32,000 bases of DNA, from contig CP060232.1 in the NCBI GenBank assembly GCA_023898645.1, forward strand, positions 780,001 to 812,000, in the 5' to 3' direction. A model generated the notes under the pieces. It did no database searches. It was given only the letters and a program-made list of their open reading frames with translations, and had not been told where the DNA came from. This document shows, piece by piece, positions 7,871 to 14,853 of the stretch. A program made the position numbers and the translations under genes. How positions within the stretch are numbered: the stretch's first letter is position 1; every line of letters starts with the position of its first letter. The stretch comes from Candidatus Saccharimonadota bacterium. GTDB taxonomy: Bacteria; Patescibacteriota; Saccharimonadia; Saccharimonadales; Saccharimonadaceae.

Positions 7871-8416
7871 ATGACAGAAAATAGTAAAATGGAACAATCG
7901 GAGAGTCAGGGGCTTGCGATAGCATCGTTAGTTCTTGGTATTCTGGCAATTATTACTTGCCTAGTGCCGTATATCAGCATAGCTCTTGGAGTTATAGCGA
8001 TTATTCTTGGTGTAATTTCTGTCAAAACGAAGGGTCGCAAGAAGGCAATTTCAGGAATTGTTACGGGAAGTGTCGGAGTGGTTTTAGCTATTATCGTGTC
8101 CGTCATGACTTTCGTAGCACTTCCAGCTCTACAAAAAAATCAACGTGACACAGCACGCAAAAATGATGTAAGCATAGCGTCTAGTGCGGTTGCTACATAT
8201 TCGTCAAATAATCGTGGACAAATGCCAGATAGTGCTGTTGATTTAAGCCAATATATTACCGACCTAACTCTTATATCAGTTGAAAGCGAAGGCACGCCGA
8301 CAACCGACACGGCTATTTACAAAAAAGGTGCGAACTGCGATGGAACAGCCTCAGGTCGTGCATATGCAATAACAGTGCTCCTAGAAAACGGCTCAGAGTA
8401 CTGTCAGGGGTCATAG
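7871..8416 (+). CDS. membrane protein: DUF4190-like TM pair fused to a type IV pilin-like globular domain (no prepilin cleavage motif)
   Basis: AGGAGA RBS. QGLAIASLVLGILAI...GVIAIILGVISV is DUF4190-like. The third helix plus LPALQKNQRDTARKNDVSIASSAVATYSSNNRGQMP resembles the pilin alpha1-C region. There is a C-terminal Cys pair (NCDG...EYCQGS). Confidence 0.6.
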   Translation: MTENSKMEQSESQGLAIASLVLGILAIITCLVPYISIALGVIAIILGVISVKTKGRKKAISGIVTGSVGVVLAIIVSVMTFVALPALQKNQRDTARKNDVSIASSAVATYSSNNRGQMPDSAVDLSQYITDLTLISVESEGTPTTDTAIYKKGANCDGTASGRAYAITVLLENGSEYCQGS

Positions 8417-8422
8417 AATACG

Positions 8423-9097
8423 ATGGAACGATTTTTCACCGGACTTATTACAACACTCAGCATACCTATTCTTCTGCTAAACGTTTTAGGCGGTATCATC
8501 GGGGGTATTTGGCTCATGGTTGCCGGTGAGTGGTCATTATTCATAGGCGGCTTACTCTACATGATGTTTGGTGCAATGATTATCGGTCTATTTCTTATGC
8601 CTAGCTTACTTTTTGCCGCACCAGCGGCAGCATTTGCTGAAAAGCGCAAATACGTGCTGTTTTTCATCTTTGGCTTGCTTGGGATTGCATACACCTATGG
8701 ACTTATTGCGGTATCTACATACTACGTTGCGGATATTGCCTTGAGTTCTCAATCTGCGCCACTTTGGGCAAGTCTACTGTGGCTTTATGCGGTAGTTCTT
8801 GCGCCGTGGCAATATATGGCTTCAAAAGAACAAGATAACACCTCAACAGGTATGACAACATTCTTTCTTGCGCTTGGTGTTCTCGCATTGATGGTTTGCA
8901 TTGGCATATTTGGCATGACACTTGGTCAGGCATTTCCTGTGCTTGTTGTAATCCTTGTAATATCTCTGGTTATGCAATTGCTTTTCACTTACGCGCTTAC
9001 TCGTGCCGAGAAACAAGCGACTCGACACGAAGATGGAGATGTCATAGATATTGAACAGACAGACGACAATAAACGAACTTGGGGAGATTTAGAATAA
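8423..9097 (+). CDS. multi-pass membrane protein, unknown function
   Basis: 224-aa ORF with about six hydrophobic helices. Its stop overlaps the next ATG (TAATG). Confidence 0.6.
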   Translation: MERFFTGLITTLSIPILLLNVLGGIIGGIWLMVAGEWSLFIGGLLYMMFGAMIIGLFLMPSLLFAAPAAAFAEKRKYVLFFIFGLLGIAYTYGLIAVSTYYVADIALSSQSAPLWASLLWLYAVVLAPWQYMASKEQDNTSTGMTTFFLALGVLALMVCIGIFGMTLGQAFPVLVVILVISLVMQLLFTYALTRAEKQATRHEDGDVIDIEQTDDNKRTWGDLE

Positions 9098-9915
9098 TGC
9101 AACTTCCACACTCAAAAACTCGTCAAACGTATATAGATCAAATTAAAGTCGTCGAGGCGAACCTCAAAGACGCGACATCTGGCGAGAAAGACAAGGCGTT
9201 ACTTGCTCAAGTGCAAAAACGACTCGATTCTCTGGCTGAAAAATATCAATTTAGCGAAGAAATTGGCACAGCAAGATACAAGCTCTACGAATTGCAGGCG
9301 TTAGTTCATTATTTTAACGGTCATGACGATGACGCACTAGATTTTATCAATCAAGCCATAGATACGCGCGGCGAAACATATGCAAAAGCAGAAAAAATCA
9401 AACAGCGATTATCACTTGGCGACTCTCATGTTACAAAAACTGTAAATCCCGATAAAATTACGAAAGAACAGCGACGCGAACAAAAAATTGGGCTTGAAGG
9501 TTGGTTGGCGCTTTTTACCGTCGGCATTATCTTAGCCGTAGTTCTTCACTTAGTGGCTGTAGGTTTTGGATTTTATAATTTAGGCAACCTAGGTAATACA
9601 GCTGATGACTTTGCAGCCAGCTTACTTGGTCCTTACTATACTTTCTTAATGCTTGCTTCGTTTGCGATGGCTTCTCTATCTGCTTGGCTACTATACTTAC
9701 TGTTTAAGTGGAAGCGATTAGCTCGCTGGGTCGGTATTATTCTACTCTCGCTATCAATACTGATATACTTCATCGATTATATGTGGTATGCAAATCTAAT
9801 GTCCCAGATATCTGGACTTGACCCCCAAAGGGGTGACGCTAGCGTAGGTTGGGCTATTGTATGGATAATATATCTCTGCGTTTCAAAGCGAGTCAAAAGG
9901 ACGCTCACGAAATGA
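9097..9915 (+). CDS. membrane protein with a soluble helical N-domain and a 4-TM C-domain, unknown function
   Basis: The ATG at 9097 is preceded by GGGGAGA. The track start at 9079 overlaps the upstream gene. The GWLALFTVGIIL... TM region is DUF2569-like (low certainty). Confidence 0.55.
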   Translation: MQLPHSKTRQTYIDQIKVVEANLKDATSGEKDKALLAQVQKRLDSLAEKYQFSEEIGTARYKLYELQALVHYFNGHDDDALDFINQAIDTRGETYAKAEKIKQRLSLGDSHVTKTVNPDKITKEQRREQKIGLEGWLALFTVGIILAVVLHLVAVGFGFYNLGNLGNTADDFAASLLGPYYTFLMLASFAMASLSAWLLYLLFKWKRLARWVGIILLSLSILIYFIDYMWYANLMSQISGLDPQRGDASVGWAIVWIIYLCVSKRVKRTLTK

Positions 9916-10289
9916 CGCAGCACAAAGAAAACTATTCATGGATTTATATCGGGCTTGCAATACTTATTGGCGGCACGATTCTGTATTTCCTCTTTTTCTC
10001 ACCTAGTTCTGGCTACGTCAAAATCAAATATCGTGATGACAAAGTAAATATTTCAGCAAGTAACTTTGAACCTCTCAATAAATCAGACTCAACTGTTAAA
10101 GGTGCATGGTACGACGGTAACAATGAATATATGGTTATAAAGTTGAATGGCACATATTATCACTATTGCGGTATGCCAAGCAGCGCATGGCGCAACTTTT
10201 CATCTTCAAGCTCGCTTTATTCTGCCTACCAAGACGACATCAAAGGCAATTTTGATTGTCGTGTAAATCCTGTACCGAGTTATGACTGA
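9912..10289 (+). CDS. membrane-anchored KTSC-domain protein
   Basis: ATGA overlap with the upstream stop. One N-terminal TM helix. VKGAWYDGNNEYMVIKLNGTYYHYCGMPSSAWRNFSSSSSLYSAYQDDIKGNF fits the KTSC domain pattern. Confidence 0.6.
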   Translation: MTQHKENYSWIYIGLAILIGGTILYFLFFSPSSGYVKIKYRDDKVNISASNFEPLNKSDSTVKGAWYDGNNEYMVIKLNGTYYHYCGMPSSAWRNFSSSSSLYSAYQDDIKGNFDCRVNPVPSYD

Positions 10290-10603
10290 TGAAAAATAAT
10301 ATTTCGATCAACAAGTTTTTACTCATCGGCTTGATTGCCGCCGCGTTAGCTGGTGGCAGCTACGCAGGCTTTTACTACACTAGCCAACATTACGAGGCAA
10401 AGGAAAGCGCAAGGCTCGCACAGGAAGAAGAAACCGACCGCAAGAACTTGATTTGCGAAGCTCGAGTGCAACGCGGTAAAACAGGCGACGTTAAAAGTGA
10501 CTATTTCATTTTTGAGCGGAGCGAAAAAGAGGACGATTGCAAAAGGTTTATAGAGTATAAGAATATACCCGATGATACCGAGGGATTTTGGCTAGGGTTT
10601 TAA
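10289..10603 (+). CDS. small membrane-anchored protein, unknown function
   Basis: The ATG overlaps the upstream TGA. N-terminal TM helix and a charged C-terminal domain with two Cys. Confidence 0.55.
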   Translation: MKNNISINKFLLIGLIAAALAGGSYAGFYYTSQHYEAKESARLAQEEETDRKNLICEARVQRGKTGDVKSDYFIFERSEKEDDCKRFIEYKNIPDDTEGFWLGF

Positions 10604-10612
10604 GGAGATAAA

Positions 10613-10924
10613 ATGAATTTACCGAAAGACAGCGCACATAAAACAAAACATCACGAACCAAAGCGACAGACTTGGGTCGCTGTTCTGGCGATTATCGCTA
10701 TTGTCATTAGCGTGGCTAGTGCTGGTTTTTCGGCGTTAGTATATTTCAATACACCGCTTCAAATCAATAACTATGTACAATCACACAAAGACGAATTAAA
10801 GGGTGCAGACGGTCAAGATGGGCGTGATGGTATGGATGGTCGCAATGGCTCAAACAGCTACTCTCCGACTCACTGTAGTAGCTATGATTATGGCTACGGT
10901 TATTCGTCAACTAATTGTTATTAG
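10613..10924 (+). CDS. small membrane-anchored protein with a collagen-like G-X-Y run
   Basis: AGGAGA RBS. One TM helix, then six consecutive G-X-Y triplets GADGQDGRDGMDGRNGSN and a Tyr/Gly/Ser tail. Confidence 0.55.
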   Translation: MNLPKDSAHKTKHHEPKRQTWVAVLAIIAIVISVASAGFSALVYFNTPLQINNYVQSHKDELKGADGQDGRDGMDGRNGSNSYSPTHCSSYDYGYGYSSTNCY

Positions 10925-11012
10925 ACGAGGGGTTTATGTGTCGCTTAAGCGACACATGGCGGCTTCGCCGCCTGAGCGAAGCCTCGACGCCTCTGCCATT
11001 TATGGCAGTCGA

Positions 11013-11187
11013 ACCACCAGAAAACACCCTTTTCAGTTTCAAAAAAGAAATTCGGCGGGGAAAAATAAAAAAATAGGCAAAGGGTTTTTCTGGTGGGGCG
11101 AGCGGGCGCGTGCGCCCGCAGGCGTCGGGGCTGAGCTTAGGGATTTTCTCGGAAATCGGTTCGGACTTCGGCGTAAAATCGCACCAA
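11013..11187 (-). repeat. inverted repeat B, right copy (B2)
   Basis: Reverse complement of 7439-7613. Ends in the CACCAA core that abuts the tRNA terminator. Confidence 0.9.
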
Positions 11188-11194
11188 GAAAAGC

Positions 11195-11218
11195 ACCCGT
11201 CATAAGACGGGTTTTTTT
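11195..11218 (+). terminator. intrinsic terminator, probably the original tRNA-Glu terminator
   Basis: ACCCGTC-ataa-GACGGGT followed by a T7 run. Confidence 0.7.
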
Positions 11219-11220
11219 CT

Positions 11221-11252
11221 TGGTGACCTTACGCGCGGAATTGAACCCGGAT
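11221..11252 (-). other. inverted tRNA-Glu-like 3' fragment (not a functional tRNA)
   Basis: tggtgaccttac is the reverse complement of the tRNA-Glu 3' end including CCA. The next 20 nt align to the reverse-complemented T arm with a 2-nt insertion. No 5' acceptor strand or D arm is present. Confidence 0.55.
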
Positions 11253-11555
11253 GCGAGATGCTCTCAGCATCGCGCGAATCCGGGTTCGGCGTAGTGAACG
11301 AAACGAAAGAAAGCGCCGAAGGCATTTTCTTGAGCGAGTGAGCGAAGGAGCGGAGATTTCTATAAGAAATCGGAGCGATGTCCCGGTAAGTTATATCATC
11401 CTTTCATCGCCCTCATAAATCCACAAATTAAAAAGCCGGAGCCGTAGTTTGCTTTTGCAAAACCACGACACCGGCCGGCTAACAGAACACGCATACCGAT
11501 GAGCCCTAAAGCCATCCAGTACCCGTACAAAGGTGTGTACACACGATCCAATCGT

Positions 11556-11894
11556 TCACTGCTCTGTGTGACGCCGTTTACGTTTGTCAGTGACACTGAA
11601 TACCACAGCCGCTACGCTCAACACTGCAAGTGTAACTAGAACCGGGTAAGCAACCTGTGCAGGCAGAATATCTTCATACCGCCAAGCAACATCGTGCCCA
11701 TTCAACAACAGGTATATAACTGCCGGTACTGCGGAGGCAACGAATAGGGTAGCTCCGAAACTTTTCGTCAGCAATTCTGACTCATCGCGCCAAAGTACCG
11801 TTAAAACAGCTAGCGGAACCACTACTACCGCATACAGCAGGAGGATCGGCGGAATTGTGCCCATCGACAAAATATTATGAATTACAGCATCCAT
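11556..11894 (-). CDS. small multi-pass membrane protein
   Basis: The ATG at 11894 lies 4 nt after AAGGAGA (the track start at 11984 has no RBS). Three to four hydrophobic helices and a basic tail. Confidence 0.5.
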   Translation of the reverse strand: MDAVIHNILSMGTIPPILLLYAVVVVPLAVLTVLWRDESELLTKSFGATLFVASAVPAVIYLLLNGHDVAWRYEDILPAQVAYPVLVTLAVLSVAAVVFSVTDKRKRRHTEQ

Positions 11895-12027
11895 GTCGTC
11901 TCCTTTGACGAGTGTTCTGTGGATGTGAGGTACAACACCCCACCGTGTGCCCCTATTTGTACAGCAAAAAGCAATAATTTGCAATAAAAAAGCCGAGACT
12001 GCAATCCGATTCTACGAATTACAGTGC

Positions 12028-12270
12028 TCAGCTTTGCTTGCGTTTGTTCTTAATACCACGTCGCCACGCGGCAAGCCACCTGATGACCACTACCGTCACA
12101 AGCGATACTACATACCATGAAGCGCGCACCAACACGGGCGCATTCACGATGTATGTCACCACCATGACAATGAGCGGCAATGAAAATGACCACCAAACGC
12201 GACCATATCGTTGCTTCGACAGCACGAGTAACAATAGCGTCATTACAGCCAGTGACAGCAGCACCGACAC
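12028..12270 (-). CDS. small membrane protein
   Basis: 80-aa ORF with a GTG start after AGGGG. Three hydrophobic helices and a basic C-terminus. Confidence 0.45.
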   Translation of the reverse strand: MSVLLSLAVMTLLLLVLSKQRYGRVWWSFSLPLIVMVVTYIVNAPVLVRASWYVVSLVTVVVIRWLAAWRRGIKNKRKQS

Positions 12271-12438
12271 GTTTCACCCCTTTAAGGTATCGCTCTGTTG
12301 GACATCAACAGCTACTAATAGTTTCATATAAAATTGCAACTTTGTCAATGCCCAGAATGACCGACCAGCGGCAAAGTCTTTTGCATTTTTTTCAGAAGTT
12401 TACTATACTTAGTATATTAATTACGCACAGGAGGAACT

Positions 12439-12711
12439 ATGAATCCAATAATCGTCGATGTTCGCGAACCAAGCGAATACGCCCGCGGGCACGTAGCTGG
12501 CGCACTCAATATACCGCCAGCCAAAATCATGGCCGGAGCCAGTGATCTGGCCGGAGTTGAAAAGAATGCCGAAATCGTACTGTACTGCATGTCCGGCAGT
12601 CGCTCTAACGCCTCTATGCACGTGCTACGTTCACAAGGTTTCACAAATCTCAAAAATGGCATTAACGCTCAACAAGTCGCTACAAAATACGATCTCGAAA
12701 TCGTCCGTTAG
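12439..12711 (+). CDS. single-domain rhodanese-like sulfurtransferase
   Basis: AGGAGG RBS. VDVREPSEYARGHVAGALNIP and the active-site loop CMSGSRS. Confidence 0.85.
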   Translation: MNPIIVDVREPSEYARGHVAGALNIPPAKIMAGASDLAGVEKNAEIVLYCMSGSRSNASMHVLRSQGFTNLKNGINAQQVATKYDLEIVR

Positions 12712-12730
12712 ATCAATAGTCAGCGGTTAA

Positions 12731-12770
12731 ATCAGGGTGCTCACATCATGCGAGCACCCTGATATTATTT
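12731..12770 (+). terminator. intrinsic terminator after the rhodanese gene
   Basis: 12-bp stem atcagggtgctc / gagcaccctgat followed by attattt. Confidence 0.65.
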
Positions 12771-12778
12771 ATGAGACT

Positions 12779-12807
12779 TTTACAACTCTTTATAAAAATT
12801 GTATAAT
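12779..12807 (+). promoter_or_regulatory. sigma70-type promoter of the PE-PPE gene
   Basis: TTTACA (12779-12784), a 17-nt spacer, then TATAAT (12802-12807). Confidence 0.5.
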
Positions 12808-12898
12808 ATAAATATATTCAATCTCGGTAATCCAACCGCGTGTGAATAGTCTGTGTTTTTAAACACACGTCACAATTCAATCGAGAGACAGGAATGCT

Positions 12899-14185
12899 AT
12901 GAAACGTTTGTTTTGTGCATTATTAGTAGGACTACTGAGTATTCTCGCCGCAGTCTTCGGTGCCTTTTCGGCGAATGCCGTGATAGCAATACCGCAGATC
13001 AGTGCGGACGTCGTCGCCTATATGGGACCGACATTCGACCCGACCGGTCGTATAGCATACGAAAAGGCGAAACCCTACTTCGGTCAAATCAATGACGGTA
13101 GAGAAGTGCAATTTATCGAGTATCCAGCTGGCCTGTGGCCAGCAACAGGACCCGGTACTGACACTCTCGACGAATCAGTAAAAAGTGGTACGTCGAGTGC
13201 TATTGCCTTGATCAACGCCGATGTGCAGGACGGGCATAAAGTTGCGCTACTGACTGGCTCGCAGGGTGCTGTTGTATTCACTGAAGTAAAGAAATACTAC
13301 GACAGCCTGCCACCGGACCAGTCGCTACCGGCAGACACGTTCATGATGATACTAATTGCCAACCCTGATCGCCCCAACGGCGGCATGTTGTCTCGTTTCC
13401 CGGGACTACATATTCCAGGCTTGAACATCACGTTCAACGGACCGACGCCAAACGATCAATTTGTAACCTACGATGTAGGAAATGCCTACGACGGCTTTTC
13501 GAACTTTCCGCGGTATCCGCTCGATTTGCTCTCAACAGTAAACGCCATTATGGGTATCACGTACGAGCATGGCACACCGCCAAATGTATTCGATCCAAAC
13601 GTAGACGTATCAACATCCGTAGTGGGCAATACGACGTATTACCTCATCATGCCAGAGCACCTGCCGTTACTTCGTCCGTTGTACGACGCAGGGTGGGGTG
13701 GAGTTGCGAACGTCATTGAACCGCTTCTGAGAGTATGGGTAGACGCAGGTTACGACAACAATGATCCGCGGTCAAACCCAGGGCTTCCGGAATCGGCACG
13801 ACTTTTCATACCGCTACGCAACATCGTCACGGCTTTGAAAAAGTCGCCTGATGCAATCATGGAAGGACTCAACACGATTCCCGCCAGTATTCATCAGTTC
13901 CTCTCGCATCCCGTCGCCAACACGAGCGACACGGTGAAGGGAACAGTGCGAGAAGTTAAGAGTCTGACAGCAATCGGAACGCAAAAGATTCGCTCAACAA
14001 CAGGCTTGACTGTGCCCAGCCAACCTAACGTTACGGGCAAACCAACTTCCGTCAAATCTGTCAGTTCGTTCAAACCGGGAGATGGCGTGAAAAAAGCCGT
14101 TTCAGCAAGCCATAGAACGAATCGCCCACAGCCAACCAATCGTCGACATTCTTCCGTCGGCAAAGCTAGGGCTGGCAGAAGCTAA
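12899..14185 (+). CDS. secreted PE-PPE-domain (alpha/beta hydrolase-like) protein with a basic Ser-rich C-terminal tail
   Basis: Signal peptide ...AFSANA. Motifs TGSQGA, NPDRPNGGMLSRFPG and YDGFSNFPRYPLDLLSTVNAIMGITYEHG match the PE-PPE domain pattern (GYSQGA, RPNGG, YDxxaDFPxYPxN...NA). Confidence 0.7.
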   Translation: MKRLFCALLVGLLSILAAVFGAFSANAVIAIPQISADVVAYMGPTFDPTGRIAYEKAKPYFGQINDGREVQFIEYPAGLWPATGPGTDTLDESVKSGTSSAIALINADVQDGHKVALLTGSQGAVVFTEVKKYYDSLPPDQSLPADTFMMILIANPDRPNGGMLSRFPGLHIPGLNITFNGPTPNDQFVTYDVGNAYDGFSNFPRYPLDLLSTVNAIMGITYEHGTPPNVFDPNVDVSTSVVGNTTYYLIMPEHLPLLRPLYDAGWGGVANVIEPLLRVWVDAGYDNNDPRSNPGLPESARLFIPLRNIVTALKKSPDAIMEGLNTIPASIHQFLSHPVANTSDTVKGTVREVKSLTAIGTQKIRSTTGLTVPSQPNVTGKPTSVKSVSSFKPGDGVKKAVSASHRTNRPQPTNRRHSSVGKARAGRS

Positions 14186-14210
14186 GTCCATCTAAACTTT
14201 CGATTGAAGC

Positions 14211-14265
14211 AACCCCGCTCAATGCGTCCAAGCCATGGATGTAGTGAAGCGGGGTTCTTTATTTT
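14211..14265 (+). terminator. intrinsic terminator
   Basis: aaccccgct / agcggggtt stem with a large loop, followed by ctttatttt. Confidence 0.5.
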
Positions 14266-14347
14266 GCTATATCATAGATTGTTATTTTTTTCACAGTTAT
14301 GGTAAAGTACTCCAATTTACTATAGTCAGGTTGTACAATATAGGTAT

Positions 14348-14785
14348 ATGCTCTTCTATGAAAACGTCGACGAACTGACACTACTCAACGACGCAATCGG
14401 TGCGAGCGATATGGCATGGTGGGTCATGGAATTTCCAAGCGGAGTTGTCTTTTTTCACCCAAACAAAGTTAAAATGCTCGGCTTCAGCGAGCAAGACGCA
14501 GATAGATTTGCACACTATTCATCATTTACGGACCGCATACACAAAGATGATTACGACAAAACGATGCAGGCCATGCGTAATCACTTGCAAGGCAAGTCAG
14601 GTCGATACGAAGCGTCATATCGCATCAAAGCAAAAGACGGCACTTATCGCCGTTTTTTTGACCGCGGAAAAATCGTCGCTCGCGACAAAGAAGGCAACGT
14701 AGCACTCGCCGGAATTGCCATAGAAGTATTAGACGAAACCTTGCCTATAGCAACTCGGCAAAAAAGTAGTAAGTCGGCCAAATGA
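14348..14785 (+). CDS. stand-alone PAS-domain protein
   Basis: PAS_3-like W.MEF....V.F...K..LGF...D...IH.DD........H......YE..YRIK.KDG.YR.F.DRG.I..RD..G pattern with no output domain. TACAAT lies 8 nt before the ATG. Confidence 0.7.
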   Translation: MLFYENVDELTLLNDAIGASDMAWWVMEFPSGVVFFHPNKVKMLGFSEQDADRFAHYSSFTDRIHKDDYDKTMQAMRNHLQGKSGRYEASYRIKAKDGTYRRFFDRGKIVARDKEGNVALAGIAIEVLDETLPIATRQKSSKSAK

Positions 14786-14788
14786 AAG

Positions 14789-14845
14789 AGCCCCGCCCGT
14801 ACAGTCACCCATGAGGGCGATACTGTACGAACGGGGCTTTTGATT
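14789..14845. terminator. bidirectional terminator between convergent genes
   Basis: 17-nt arms agccccgcccgtacagt / actgtacgaacggggct (two mismatches), with A-rich sequence on one side and T-rich on the other. Confidence 0.6.
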
Positions 14846-14853
14846 AAATCGGA

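Larger units (their letters stand above)
5567..11187. mobile_element. putative integrated serine-recombinase element at the tRNA-Glu 3' end (about 5.6 kb)
   Basis: Direct CACCAA cores at 5567-5572 and 11182-11187. Deleting the DNA between them joins ...ggtcaccaa to gaaaagcACCCGTCataaGACGGGTttttttt, giving tRNA plus its terminator. The element carries the recombinase, and its cargo region is visibly more A+T-rich. Confidence 0.6.

Noticed and set aside
10936-11008. Three GC-rich hairpins after the cargo operon (22-nt perfect palindrome atgtgtcgcttaagcgacacat, ggcggc-ttc-gccgcc, ctgccat-tt-atggcag), considered as terminators
   Set aside because: None is followed by a T-run, so I cannot call them intrinsic terminators. 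They may be RNA-stabilising or protein-binding structures, but I have no supporting evidence.
5567-11187. Long repeats considered as a CRISPR array or as IS terminal repeats
   Set aside because: There are only two copies of each repeat, in inverted orientation and 130-175 bp long, with no spacer periodicity and no transposase. The only recombination enzyme is a serine recombinase, so neither CRISPR nor a classical IS fits.
11221-11295. Possible minus-strand tRNA gene (T-arm-like GGTTCAATTCC, CCA end, anticodon-loop-like CTGAGAG)
   Set aside because: No 5' acceptor strand or D arm can be found. The T stem has two mismatches from a 2-nt insertion. The anticodon-like stem is part of a larger palindrome. 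I treat it as a tRNA-derived fragment.
11379-11397. tcccggtaag, a 10-nt match to the tRNA-Glu 3' region in direct orientation, considered as an alternative outer boundary of the element
   Set aside because: The match is short, the similarity breaks down immediately afterwards (ttatatca versus gtcaccaa), and the CACCAA/terminator junction at 11182-11218 explains the insertion better. It could be chance.
11396-11596. 66-aa minus-strand ORF overlapping the end of the 11556-11894 membrane gene (possible frameshifted continuation or a small membrane peptide)
   Set aside because: It has no RBS, overlaps the upstream stop by 41 nt in another frame, and has nothing recognisable. The evidence is insufficient to call a gene or a frameshift.
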